From a virus (Duplodnaviria > Caudoviricetes), in IMG/VR virus record IMGVR_UViG_3300043414_001159, positions 1 through 35,796 of that record: DNA of 35,796 nt. One strand, given 5' to 3'. Position numbers and translations under genes: made by a program. Below, piece after piece: positions 17,698-27,238 of this stretch (positions are counted from its first letter, which is position 1; every line of letters begins with the position of its first letter). A model generated the notes under the pieces. The model searched no databases and was not told where the DNA came from. It saw only the letters and a list, made by a program, of their open reading frames with translations.

Positions 17698-18461
17698 TTT
17701 ATTATAACACTTCAGAACCAAATAAATATAATTATCTAAAAAAAGAAATTTTTCCATATAAAACATGTTATACTAAAAAAAGATATGGTGGAAAACATGA
17801 TGGTAGTTATGTGTTTTTAGAAGAGCTGATTAATGATACAAATTTTATATACTCTTATGGAATAAATACTGGCATGGATGCAATTAAATTTGATTTGGAA
17901 ATGGCGGAAAATGGAAAAATTGTTTTTATGTACGATGGATCGATTGAACAGCCGTCTTATATACATAAAAATTTTAGATTTACTAAGGAGTTTGTTACTA
18001 CAAACAATTTATATAAGCATCTAGAACAAAATCTTCATCTTAATGAAACACGTATGGCATTAAAGATTGATATTGATGGAAATGAATATGAGTTATTCAA
18101 TAATAATATTGAATTCATTTCAAAGCATTTTAATCAAATATCATTAGAATTGCATTCTTTGATAGAAGAGTATCCACAAGAATGGAAGGTCGATGATTTA
18201 AACTTATCGATCATGAAAAATAAAGAAATTAAAAAACTTTTTTTTAAAAATATCAATAAATATTATAATATTATCCATATACATGCTAATAATCATGGCC
18301 CTAGATATATAGACTTTCCAGGCGCATTAGAAATTCTATTTTTAAGAAAAGACTATGAAATTTTAGATATTGATAATCAAAGATATCCAATAGAAAATTT
18401 AGATTATCAAAATTATCTGGGTAGAGAAGACTATGTATTAGATTGGTGGGTATATAATTAA
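17694..18461 (+). CDS. FkbM/Methyltransf_22-like methyltransferase
   Basis: RYGGKHDGSY, YSYGI, LKIDIDGNEY, QISLELH, HIHANN. Confidence 0.8.
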   Translation: MIYYNTSEPNKYNYLKKEIFPYKTCYTKKRYGGKHDGSYVFLEELINDTNFIYSYGINTGMDAIKFDLEMAENGKIVFMYDGSIEQPSYIHKNFRFTKEFVTTNNLYKHLEQNLHLNETRMALKIDIDGNEYELFNNNIEFISKHFNQISLELHSLIEEYPQEWKVDDLNLSIMKNKEIKKLFFKNINKYYNIIHIHANNHGPRYIDFPGALEILFLRKDYEILDIDNQRYPIENLDYQNYLGREDYVLDWWVYN

Positions 18462-18465
18462 AAAA

Positions 18466-19110
18466 ATGAAAGAAATTAATTTTATAATTACTTGTTTTGA
18501 TAAAGAGGCCTATTGGCCATATCTGAAAGAAATTATTAACTCTTATAAAAATATTAAATCAAATATTATTCTTTGTTATAATGGCGCTAATCAAAATTTT
18601 AAAAAAGAAGCAAATATTTTTATAGAAAATACTGGCCATCAGCACGGGGAGGCCTCATTAATATTAAAAGGGTTTGAATATGCACAACAAAATTTTAAAA
18701 GTCCACTTTTTATCAAATTATCTATTGATAGTTGGCTATTAAATGAAAATATTATTTTGGATATTTTTAAGTATATGGACACAAATCATATTTGTTATGC
18801 TGGAAATTATTGGAATACCTTACAGCAATTATCTGTTGATATATTTTTTATTAATAAAAATAATGGTAATTTCTTAGAAAGCTTTAAAGAACAGGCGCAT
18901 AATATTGAAAATTTAAAAAATGGGTCGAGTGCTTTAGAAAATATTTTATTTGATTCTATTAGCTCTAAGCAATATAAATTTACTATTATTAAAGATAGGG
19001 ATCCAATTCATCCAAATAATAGATTCTGTTGTCCTCAACTAGGATGGACAATGAGCCACGAATTACAAGAAAACCTTAATTTTATGAAATTTTATGAAAA
19101 CATTAATTGA
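18466..19110 (+). CDS. Divergent GT-A-like protein
   Basis: ENTGHQHG, FIKLSIDSWL; cluster context. Confidence 0.45.
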   Translation: MKEINFIITCFDKEAYWPYLKEIINSYKNIKSNIILCYNGANQNFKKEANIFIENTGHQHGEASLILKGFEYAQQNFKSPLFIKLSIDSWLLNENIILDIFKYMDTNHICYAGNYWNTLQQLSVDIFFINKNNGNFLESFKEQAHNIENLKNGSSALENILFDSISSKQYKFTIIKDRDPIHPNNRFCCPQLGWTMSHELQENLNFMKFYENIN

Positions 19111-19663
19111 TATTTTAAAAGAAACTCCAAATTTAGACGGCTGGCAAGATATTCCCGGTACTGATAAAAATACAAGACATAATTATATAGATGGTTTTTA
19201 TGAGAATGAATTTAAAAGATACCAAAATAAAGAAAATCTTTCAATTTTAGAAATCGGAATAGCGAATGGTGCATCTTTATATTTATGGGCAAAATATTTT
19301 AATAATCCTAAAATAATGGGATTTGATATACAAAATATTGTTGTAGACGATTGGAAACTCGACTGTATTAAATATATTTTTGAAGATGCGTATCGTGAAG
19401 ATTTCGCTCAAAAGGTTGAATCATATGATATTATTATTGATGATGGTCCACATACTCTAGAATCTCAATTATTCTCACTAAAACATTATTTACCAAAAGT
19501 CAATAAAGGTGGTATTTTTATTATTGAAGATGTTGCTGGTCATGACGCTTTAAATGAATTATATGAAAATACCCCAGATCATTTAAAATCAAACTCTCGA
19601 ATTGTAGATCTAACAGCCTCTCTTAATGTATATGATAATATGTTATACATAATTAGATTATGA
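19094..19663 (+). CDS. Class I SAM-dependent sugar O-methyltransferase-like protein
   Basis: GTDK...HNY...Y, ILEIGIANGASL..W..YF, DIIIDDGPH, GGIFIIEDV. Confidence 0.85.
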   Translation: MKTLIDILKETPNLDGWQDIPGTDKNTRHNYIDGFYENEFKRYQNKENLSILEIGIANGASLYLWAKYFNNPKIMGFDIQNIVVDDWKLDCIKYIFEDAYREDFAQKVESYDIIIDDGPHTLESQLFSLKHYLPKVNKGGIFIIEDVAGHDALNELYENTPDHLKSNSRIVDLTASLNVYDNMLYIIRL

Positions 19664-19722
19664 CGTATTTTTAAAATTAAAAAAATATAACTTTAATATA
19701 TTAATAATTTTTTAATTTATTG

Positions 19723-19728
19723 GTGTAA
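19723..19728 (+). promoter_or_regulatory. Candidate phage-specific promoter motif GTGTAA
   Basis: GGTGTAAT with the ATG at 19741 12 nt after GTGTAA; identical 8-mer at 30391. Confidence 0.45.
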
Positions 19729-19740
19729 TTATTCTGAATA

Positions 19741-20499
19741 ATGCACATTCCGATATTTAAGAATTTTTATAACTATTTTAAGCGTAAACTTACCAGGCAA
19801 GATCAAAAATTAAATGTTTTAATTCCAATGGCTGGTGATGGTAAAAGATTTTCTGATGCTGGGTATAATAAACCAAAACCATTTATACAGATTAATGGTA
19901 AAAGAATGGTAGAAATAGTTTTAGAAAATATCGTTCCTAAAAATGTTAATAAAATTATTTTAATTACTAGAAGGAATCATAATACAAGAGAAGAGCTAAA
20001 AAATTCTAATTATAATCTTCAAATTATTGAATTAGAAAAATTAACGGGGGGATCTATACAAACAATTCTTTATGCAGAAGAGGAAATTCAAAATCATAGT
20101 CTAATAGTTGCGAACTGTGACCAAAAAATAAATTTTGATGTGAATGATTTTATTACTAAATGCAAACATTTAGATGGAGGTATAGTTACTTTTAAATCAA
20201 AGAGTCCAAATCATTCTTATGTAAAAGTTAATAAAAATAACATTGCTCTAACGATTATAGAAAAAGAAGTAATTTCTGATTTAGCTGTAAGTGGGGTCTA
20301 TTATTTTAAGAAAGCAAGTCAATTTATAGAGGCTAGTAAAATAGTTATAAAAAATAATATTACGCAAAAAGGAGAGTTTTACATTTCTTCGGCTTTAAAA
20401 ATTATGATAGAAAAAGGTTTAAAGTTAGGGGTTTATAACACTGAATCTATTATTCTAGGAACTCCCGAAGAATTACAAAAAAATATTCATTTATTATGA
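19741..20499 (+). CDS. Sugar/alditol-phosphate nucleotidyltransferase (NTP_transferase family)
   Basis: LIPMAGDGKRF..AGY.KPKPFI, ANCDQ, SGVYYF, GEFYIS, LGTPEEL. Confidence 0.88.
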   Translation: MHIPIFKNFYNYFKRKLTRQDQKLNVLIPMAGDGKRFSDAGYNKPKPFIQINGKRMVEIVLENIVPKNVNKIILITRRNHNTREELKNSNYNLQIIELEKLTGGSIQTILYAEEEIQNHSLIVANCDQKINFDVNDFITKCKHLDGGIVTFKSKSPNHSYVKVNKNNIALTIIEKEVISDLAVSGVYYFKKASQFIEASKIVIKNNITQKGEFYISSALKIMIEKGLKLGVYNTESIILGTPEELQKNIHLL

Positions 20500-21143
20500 A
20501 AATAATTATAATTGGAGGGGGAGACATCGCTACAAATGGAATTATTCCAATAGTTGGTGGTAAAAATATTTCCCAAAAAGATTGTGATATAACAAATTAT
20601 AAAGATGTACTTAAAGTAATCAATATAGAAAAACCAGATATTGTTATTTGTACTGCAGGGGTATCTCATGTATCAAATATATTAGAATCCGATATTAATT
20701 TTTGGAAAAGAGAGTTGGATATAAATTTATTGGGAAGTTACTATGTTGCAAAAGCCTGCGCCATAAGTAATGTTAAAACTATGATTTTTATAGCTTCTGT
20801 CGCTGGTTTATATGGCAAACCAAATCATTCTGGATACAGTGTTTCTAAATCGGGAGTTATAACGTTAGTTCAATCCTTAGCTATGGAAAAATATGATGCC
20901 TATACTATTTCTCCAGGAAGAGTGAATACTAAAATGCGAGAGAAAGACTTTCCGAACGAAGACCCTAAAACAAGACTAGATCCAAAAGAAATCGGCAGAG
21001 TAATTAAAGAAATTTTAAATAAAAAACATAAATCTGGAGATAATATTATTATAAGAAAAAGGGGTTATAGAATACTCAGAAGAGTAGATCGTGGTGGTGG
21101 ATGGGCTGAATATCTAAAAGTTGGACATCCTGCGATTTTTTAA
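20496..21143 (+). CDS. Short-chain dehydrogenase/reductase
   Basis: IIIGGGDI, CDIT, TAGV, INLLG, ASVAG, YSVSK (YxxxK), SPGRVNTKMR. Confidence 0.88.
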   Translation: MKIIIIGGGDIATNGIIPIVGGKNISQKDCDITNYKDVLKVINIEKPDIVICTAGVSHVSNILESDINFWKRELDINLLGSYYVAKACAISNVKTMIFIASVAGLYGKPNHSGYSVSKSGVITLVQSLAMEKYDAYTISPGRVNTKMREKDFPNEDPKTRLDPKEIGRVIKEILNKKHKSGDNIIIRKRGYRILRRVDRGGGWAEYLKVGHPAIF

Positions 21144-21162
21144 TATCATTTTCTAAAATATT

Positions 21163-21585
21163 ATGATAATTATTTCTCATAGAGGAAATACAAATGGACG
21201 AAATAAATCTTTAGAAAATAATCCTATACATATAGATAAATTATTAAAATCTAATATACAAGTAGAAATAGATGTATGGTTTAAAAACGGTCTATTACTA
21301 TTAGGTCATGATAAACCAGAATATATAATAAAGGGTACTTTTTTAAAAAATAAAGGTTTATGGTGTCATGCTAAAAATTTAAGTGCATTAGAATACATGT
21401 TAAAGAATAATATCCAAAACAGTTTTTGGCATCAAGAAGATGATTTTACGATAACTTCTTCTGGATATATTTGGACGTATCCGAATAAAAGTATTACAAG
21501 CCAATCTATAATAGTAGATTTAAATAAAAACTGGAAAACAAAAAATTATAATTGTTTTGGTGTATGCGTAGATTTTGTATATTAA
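21163..21585 (+). CDS. Short GDPD/PLC-like phosphodiesterase-family protein
   Basis: IISHRGN, EN, VEIDVW, LGHD, WCHAKN, GVCVDF. Confidence 0.75.
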   Translation: MIIISHRGNTNGRNKSLENNPIHIDKLLKSNIQVEIDVWFKNGLLLLGHDKPEYIIKGTFLKNKGLWCHAKNLSALEYMLKNNIQNSFWHQEDDFTITSSGYIWTYPNKSITSQSIIVDLNKNWKTKNYNCFGVCVDFVY

Positions 21586-21597
21586 TAATCTTAAAAC

Positions 21598-21626
21598 TTG
21601 ACTTTGAATATAAAAATATATACCAT
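21598..21626 (+). promoter_or_regulatory. sigma70-type promoter
   Basis: TTGACT-17 nt-TACCAT; ATG 11 nt downstream; marks the end of the glyco block. Confidence 0.65.
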
Positions 21627-21637
21627 CATTTTAGATA

Positions 21638-22051
21638 ATGAAATTCAAAAATATTTTTGGTAAAGACGTTAATAAAAACATTAATAAATATCTTGCTAAA
21701 TGGAATCACCCATGTAAAAGCAAAGTTCAATTTAATGTAAAAAAATTTTTTGAAACCTATTGGGGTACACATATAGTTGTAGAAGAGTTTCCAGTTTTTG
21801 GCACTCGAATGAAATGTGACCTTATTAATTTTACAAAAAAAATTGCAGTAGAAACGCATGGACTTCAACATGATAAATTTGTAAAATACTTTCATAGGAC
21901 TAAGACTGGTTTTAAAAAAAGTGTTAAAAGAGATCTGCAAAAATATAGTTGGCTAGAAATGAATGGTTTTAAAATTATTGAAATTTTTGAAAATGAAATC
22001 CATCTTTTAGATTCAGAATGGATAAAAGAAAAATTTGATATAGAAATTTAA
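21638..22051 (+). CDS. DUF559/Vsr-like PD-(D/E)XK endonuclease
   Basis: EEFPV...CDLIN...IAVETHGLQH...RDLQK..W...NGFKIIEI. Confidence 0.75.
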   Translation: MKFKNIFGKDVNKNINKYLAKWNHPCKSKVQFNVKKFFETYWGTHIVVEEFPVFGTRMKCDLINFTKKIAVETHGLQHDKFVKYFHRTKTGFKKSVKRDLQKYSWLEMNGFKIIEIFENEIHLLDSEWIKEKFDIEI

Positions 22052-22052
22052 C

Positions 22053-22080
22053 TTGAATATAAAAAAAACTCTTGTATAAT
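22053..22080 (+). promoter_or_regulatory. sigma70-type promoter, leaderless
   Basis: TTGAAT-16 nt-TATAAT; ATG at 22087, 6 nt downstream. Confidence 0.6.
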
Positions 22081-22086
22081 GAATTA

Positions 22087-22686
22087 ATGGGACCATTGTA
22101 TATTGGAATTGCTGGCGTATCTCGATCTGGAAAAGATAGCTTAGCTATTGAAATAGAAAAAATTATTCGTGCTTATATTGGAAATGCTTTTATTTATAAA
22201 AGTTCATTAGCACAACCATTAAAAGAAGATTGTGCCGCTTTTATTAAAAATTATTTAAATTTAAATGTATTCACAGATAAGACTGAAGAAAAATCTATTT
22301 TTCGTGAATTTCTCGTTTGGTATGGTAAAGTCAAAAGACAGCAAAGTGAAGGAAAACATTGGACGAACCTTTTAGACGAACGTATTAAAAATTTTCAACC
22401 AGATATTTGTATTGTTCCAGACATCCGTTATCAACAGTATAGAGAAGATGAGGTTAATTGGCTTAAATCAAAAAGTAGAAACGTACTTATTCACTTGCAA
22501 AGAGTTGCAATTAATGGTGAAATAGTACAACCCGCAAATATGGACGAATCAATTAACGACTCTATTCTTCAAGATATGGCAGACTATAAAATTGTATGGC
22601 CCACATTTATTGAAGAGGGAAAGGACGAGTGTATGCGGGAAATTGCTATTAAAGCATTCAATACAGTTATTAAGGAAAAAATTTAA
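22087..22686 (+). CDS. Deoxynucleoside monophosphate kinase-like P-loop kinase
   Basis: GIAGVSRSGKDS, LAQPLKE, REFLVWYG, VPDIRY..E; start moved from the TTG at 22072 to the ATG at 22087. Confidence 0.75.
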   Translation: MGPLYIGIAGVSRSGKDSLAIEIEKIIRAYIGNAFIYKSSLAQPLKEDCAAFIKNYLNLNVFTDKTEEKSIFREFLVWYGKVKRQQSEGKHWTNLLDERIKNFQPDICIVPDIRYQQYREDEVNWLKSKSRNVLIHLQRVAINGEIVQPANMDESINDSILQDMADYKIVWPTFIEEGKDECMREIAIKAFNTVIKEKI

Positions 22687-22688
22687 TT

Positions 22689-24167
22689 ATGGCGTCAATT
22701 CGTAGCGTAGATATAGAAAAACACGTTCTAGCTGGCTTTATTAAGCATCCAGCCGTATTTTTTGAAGTTTCCCACTTCATTAATGAGGGCGACTTTAGTA
22801 ATGGCCATAAAACTATATTTAGTGTTCTAAAGGGTCAGATAATGAAGAGTCAACCCCTTGATCCAGTAATTATTGCTGAAAAGATAAAGAGTTTGGGTAT
22901 TAGTTTTAAACAGGATTTTAATATTTTTGATTATATAGAAAGTCTCGCATTTCTTAAGATTAGTCAGAAGTCTCTTGTAGAGGCGTGCAAAAATCTTAAA
23001 ACAATTACAATTCGGCGCGAGATTGCTGAAACCGCAGGTTTGATTGCGGATTCAATGTCAAATTCTGGAGATAAGTCTGCTGATGAAATCATTACTCTCG
23101 CGGATAAGATGTATAATGATAAAATTGCTGCCTATGATCTAGAAGCAAATCCGGAAGATCTTTTCTCTGATATCGATAAGCTTATTGAGGAAAGAGCTAA
23201 TAATCCAATTTCTGAGACTGGATTTTTGACTCCATATAAACATTTTAATAGAATGTATGGTGGATTGAGGCCTGGAGAACTTTATGCTTGGGTAAGCCGA
23301 CCAAAGCATGGTAAGAGCACAATTCTTAGTGATATTGCTGCAAAAGCAACCCTAATTAATCCAAATTTACAGGCATTGATTCTTGATACCGAAATGCAGA
23401 CTAGTGTTATTAAGTTTCGTATTGCAAGTAGCATTACTGGAATTCCAATGTGGTATCTTGAGACTGGTAACTTTAAAAATAATCCAGAACTACTTGCGAA
23501 ATGGAATAGTAAGAAGTCGGAACTTGCAAAAGCGCAGGGTAAGGTAAAGCATCTTCAAGTAGCTGGGAAGCCTGTATCTGAAATTGAATCTATTATTCAG
23601 CGTTGGTATCTTGGCCAAGTTGGCCGTGGTAATCCAGCTATCGTTGTATATGATTATATTAAACTTACTGGCGAAATGGAAAAAAACAAACAAGAGTATC
23701 AACTCATTGGTGATAAAGTAGATCGTTTGAAAGAACTATCGGTTCGTCTTAATATTCCGTTGCTTACTGCCTGTCAATTAAATCGTAGCGCCGAAAATGG
23801 TGCAGATGATAGCAGTGCTATTGCACAAAGTGATCGTTTACAATGGTTCGCAGCATATGTTGGTATTTTTCGTCGTAAGACTATCGAAGAACAAGCCGAA
23901 GATGGCGCACAATTTGGCACTCATAAAATGATTGAACTTGCGGCGCGTTATCAGGGTCAACATGCACAAGGGCATACGGATTTAGTCCGTGTTGTAGAAA
24001 ATGGTCGCCCACAATATCGTAAGAACTTTATTTCTTTCAGCGTGGAGAATTTCAATGTAGACGAAAAAGGAACACTTCAAGATATTGTTAATCATCAAAA
24101 TGGCGTGGGTATTAATATTTTTGATCGTGAAAATGGCGGTCAGGAAGAAGAAGGTGGATTGCTATGA
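22689..24167 (+). CDS. dnaB: Replicative DnaB-like helicase
   Basis: N-terminal domain (EKHVLAG), GGLRPGEL, Walker A SRPKHGKS, DTEM, VYDYIKL, CQLNR. Confidence 0.92.
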   Translation: MASIRSVDIEKHVLAGFIKHPAVFFEVSHFINEGDFSNGHKTIFSVLKGQIMKSQPLDPVIIAEKIKSLGISFKQDFNIFDYIESLAFLKISQKSLVEACKNLKTITIRREIAETAGLIADSMSNSGDKSADEIITLADKMYNDKIAAYDLEANPEDLFSDIDKLIEERANNPISETGFLTPYKHFNRMYGGLRPGELYAWVSRPKHGKSTILSDIAAKATLINPNLQALILDTEMQTSVIKFRIASSITGIPMWYLETGNFKNNPELLAKWNSKKSELAKAQGKVKHLQVAGKPVSEIESIIQRWYLGQVGRGNPAIVVYDYIKLTGEMEKNKQEYQLIGDKVDRLKELSVRLNIPLLTACQLNRSAENGADDSSAIAQSDRLQWFAAYVGIFRRKTIEEQAEDGAQFGTHKMIELAARYQGQHAQGHTDLVRVVENGRPQYRKNFISFSVENFNVDEKGTLQDIVNHQNGVGINIFDRENGGQEEEGGLL

Positions 24168-25054
24168 GACTTTTAGAACTTTTAAAAGATTCTGGGTGTA
24201 AACCTAGAAATTATGGAACTTATATTACTTGTGCTGCTAAGTATCGCGGTGGCGATGATCCCACGTCGATAGCAATTTATCTTACCAATAATATCGTTAA
24301 AGATTTTGTTACTGGTAAAACTTTTTCTTTAGAGGAATTTTTAAAAACTACTTTAAAACTTAAAGATCTTAAGCAGGTCGAAGATATATTACAAGATAAA
24401 GCTAAATATTTTACTGGATTCCAAGATGAGGAAGATCCTTTTAATAAAAGCGTTAAATATTATTCTAATGAAGATATCGTTGATTTAAAACGTAATGGTT
24501 TTTATTGGGGTAATCGTGGAGTAAGCCAAGAAACTTTAGATGTTTTTGAGGGTGGAGTTTGCACAAGTGGTAAGATGTACCAAAGATATGTTTTTCCGAT
24601 TTTTGATGCTCGTAAAAAAATACAGGGGTTTTCTGGTCGTGATATCACAGGACAATCGAAAATCAAATGGAAACACATTGGTAGAAGGAATGAGTGGGCT
24701 TATCCATTCATTTTTAATCATGAAATTATTAGAGAGAAAAGGGAATTAATACTTGTAGAAAGTATTGGTGATATGCTTTCTTTATGGGAGAGCGGTATCA
24801 AGAATACTGGAGTAACATTTGGAACTGAGGCTGGTGGAGGCCTGCTAAAAGCAATAATACGTCTCGATCCAAAACGTATCATCCTTGCGACCAACAATGA
24901 TGATAACAGGGCTGGGCAGAAAGCTGCTGCAAAAATACGTTCAACACTTGCACATTTTTTTGACCCAGCCCAACTTCAAATTTTTCATCCATTCAAAAAT
25001 GATTTTGGTGATCAAACTATAGAAGAGAATAGGGAGTGGTATTCAAATATATGA
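24164..25054 (+). CDS. DnaG-like Toprim primase
   Basis: RYVFPIFD....QGFSGR, KWKH, LVESIGDMLSL, ATNNDD.RAGQKAA; ATGA-coupled to dnaB. Confidence 0.85.
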   Translation: MRLLELLKDSGCKPRNYGTYITCAAKYRGGDDPTSIAIYLTNNIVKDFVTGKTFSLEEFLKTTLKLKDLKQVEDILQDKAKYFTGFQDEEDPFNKSVKYYSNEDIVDLKRNGFYWGNRGVSQETLDVFEGGVCTSGKMYQRYVFPIFDARKKIQGFSGRDITGQSKIKWKHIGRRNEWAYPFIFNHEIIREKRELILVESIGDMLSLWESGIKNTGVTFGTEAGGGLLKAIIRLDPKRIILATNNDDNRAGQKAAAKIRSTLAHFFDPAQLQIFHPFKNDFGDQTIEENREWYSNI

Positions 25055-25473
25055 GAAGCACTTGGGAAGAACATGCTATGAATTTAGCTACTATTGCAAT
25101 GAAAAGATCAGAAGATCCTTTTCAAAAAGTTGGAGCTTGTATTCTTGGATATAATAATGAGGTCTTATCTGTAGCATATAACGGTCTTGCGGCTGGTATT
25201 AATGTTACTCCAGAATTTTGGAAAGATCGTGATGCAAGAAGACCATACATGATTCATGCTGAAAGTAATGCTCTCGCACGAATTAGAATGGGTGAAGGAA
25301 AACTTTTAGCTTGCACTCTTTTGCCATGTTCTTCATGCGCCACAAATATTGCTGCTTACGGAATTAAACATGTAATTTTTAAATCAATTTACACTAGAGA
25401 TATTAAATCAGTTGATATTTTTAAATTTTATGGAATCTCTTGTGAGCAAGAGGATCCAACATACCCATTATGA
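25051..25473 (+). CDS. dCMP deaminase
   Basis: RSEDP..KVGACI, YNG, HAESNAL, PCSSC; start moved to 25051 (ATGA overlap). Confidence 0.92.
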   Translation: MRSTWEEHAMNLATIAMKRSEDPFQKVGACILGYNNEVLSVAYNGLAAGINVTPEFWKDRDARRPYMIHAESNALARIRMGEGKLLACTLLPCSSCATNIAAYGIKHVIFKSIYTRDIKSVDIFKFYGISCEQEDPTYPL

Positions 25474-26459
25474 GCGAATTAATTAAACTTTCAGCTAGTC
25501 GTATCAAGACGCTACAATCTTGCTCTTGGACTTATTATTGCAACTATAATTTAAAGTTACCCCAGAAAAATAACTCTGGGGCAATGCGTGGAACTGTGGC
25601 GCATCTTATTTTTGAAGTTCTTGGTAATCCAAGGCACGAGCATTATATTAAAAAAATTGTTAAAGACAATACTTGTTTAAAACAAAAAGCTATTTTTCGT
25701 CTAATTATTAAGACGGCTAATAAAGAGGGTCTTGATCTCGACGAGATGGTCAAGCCATTAAAGAAAAGTGGTCAAGAAGTATCAAATCTTAAATGTATTG
25801 ATGAGATGATTCTTGTTGGATTAAAATTCGATTTTATTGGAGATGCAAAACTAATAGGTACTGAATGGGAATTTGATATAACAAATAAACAACCAGCATA
25901 TAGAATTGGTGGATTTATTGATCGTATTTTTAAAGATAAAAAACAATTAGTAATTAGAGATTTTAAATCAAGTAAACTTGCTTTTAAAGGCGAAGAGTTA
26001 GAGAGTAATATCCAAGCAATGATGTATTCTTTAGCTGTAAGAAAAAAATATGCTAAACAAAAAGAAGTTCTTGTTAAATTCTTATTTTTAAGGTATCCCG
26101 ATAATCCCGAACGTGAATGTCCGCATTTTACAGAAGAGCAGTTAGTTGGATTTGAGCATTATCTTGAATATCTAAATGGTTATCTTACAAATTTTGATGA
26201 GAAAAAGGGTAAATCAAACTTTGCGGCCAACGATTTTGCAAAAAAATGGATGTGCCAAACCAAATCTGGGTGGCGTTGCCCCTATCTTGATCCTATAGAT
26301 TATAAAGTTTTATTGGATAAAGACGGCAAAATTATTAAATCAATATTTGCAGATAAAGAATTTAAACCGTTAGATATTAAAAAAAATTATCATATTGAAG
26401 TAAGAAGGTATGAAGGTTGTCCAGCTTGGAAAAAGTCTGAGAATGACTTTGACTTTTAG
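25470..26459 (+). CDS. PD-(D/E)XK RecB/Cas4-like exonuclease
   Basis: LSASRI....SC, GTVAH.IFE, GFIDRI, RDFKSSK, Q.MMY, C-terminal Cys residues (WMCQ...RCPY). Confidence 0.85.
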   Translation: MSELIKLSASRIKTLQSCSWTYYCNYNLKLPQKNNSGAMRGTVAHLIFEVLGNPRHEHYIKKIVKDNTCLKQKAIFRLIIKTANKEGLDLDEMVKPLKKSGQEVSNLKCIDEMILVGLKFDFIGDAKLIGTEWEFDITNKQPAYRIGGFIDRIFKDKKQLVIRDFKSSKLAFKGEELESNIQAMMYSLAVRKKYAKQKEVLVKFLFLRYPDNPERECPHFTEEQLVGFEHYLEYLNGYLTNFDEKKGKSNFAANDFAKKWMCQTKSGWRCPYLDPIDYKVLLDKDGKIIKSIFADKEFKPLDIKKNYHIEVRRYEGCPAWKKSENDFDF

Positions 26460-26477
26460 AACAATATACCGTAAAGT
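26449..26477 (+). promoter_or_regulatory. sigma70-type promoter for the polymerase genes
   Basis: TTGACT-17 nt-TAAAGT; ATG 8 nt downstream. Confidence 0.55.
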
Positions 26478-26485
26478 GTTTAAAG

Positions 26486-27238
26486 ATGTTACCTATTTTT
26501 AGATCAAATTATTCGCTTACCTCTGTTTTAACTCTAGATAGTTATACAGAAAAAGAGTCTCGAGACACTAATCGTCCAGATTCAATATTTGATATTACTA
26601 AAGACTATGGACTAAAAGATGTTTATATTGTAGATAACACCCTGACTAGTTTAGTAGAGTGTTACGAAAATTCAAAAAAAGCGGGCTTAAATTTAAGATA
26701 TGGTTATAGAGTTAATGTTTGCATGGATATAGAAAATAAAACTCCAGAGTCAGTTATTACGGAAAGTAAATTTATTATTTTTGCAAAAAAGAATTCTTTT
26801 GCAGACTTGGTTAAACTTCACAATGTCTCTACCACAGATGGAGTTTATAATGGAGCGCCGCGTTTAGATTTTAATACTTTGAAAAAGTACTGGTCGAATA
26901 ATTTGATTTTAGGTATTCCATTTTACGACTCTTATATTTACTATAACCTTCTTTATGGTAGGGAGTGCGTTCCAGAGATGGATTTTACCGAGCCATTTTA
27001 TTTTAGTGAAAATAATGGATTGCCATTTGATGGTCTTTTGAACGACCATCTAAAGTCAATAGTTAAAGATAATGAGATCGTTGAATCTAAAACTATTTAT
27101 TACAGAACTTATAAAGATTTTAAAGCTTATATGACATATCGCTGTATTTTAAATAGAACAACATTTCAAAAACCCGAACTAAGACATTTCGGCAGTCAGG
27201 AGTTTTGTATGGAGGCTTGGGAAAAATATGCAAAGTAA
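26486..27238 (+). CDS. Stand-alone PHP domain of DNA polymerase III alpha (metal-binding His apparently lost)
   Basis: FRSNYSL (cf. HxHS.YSL), KKAGL..RYG, IIFAK....DLVKL, PRLDF..L, C-terminal FGSQEFC. Confidence 0.78.
   Translation: MLPIFRSNYSLTSVLTLDSYTEKESRDTNRPDSIFDITKDYGLKDVYIVDNTLTSLVECYENSKKAGLNLRYGYRVNVCMDIENKTPESVITESKFIIFAKKNSFADLVKLHNVSTTDGVYNGAPRLDFNTLKKYWSNNLILGIPFYDSYIYYNLLYGRECVPEMDFTEPFYFSENNGLPFDGLLNDHLKSIVKDNEIVESKTIYYRTYKDFKAYMTYRCILNRTTFQKPELRHFGSQEFCMEAWEKYAK

Noticed and set aside
19671-19719. AT-only inverted repeat before the NTP-transferase gene
   Set aside because: Expected by chance in nearly pure A/T sequence.
25470-26459. Cas4-like nuclease as evidence of a CRISPR system
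   Set aside because: No array or other cas genes; such nucleases are common in phage replication modules.
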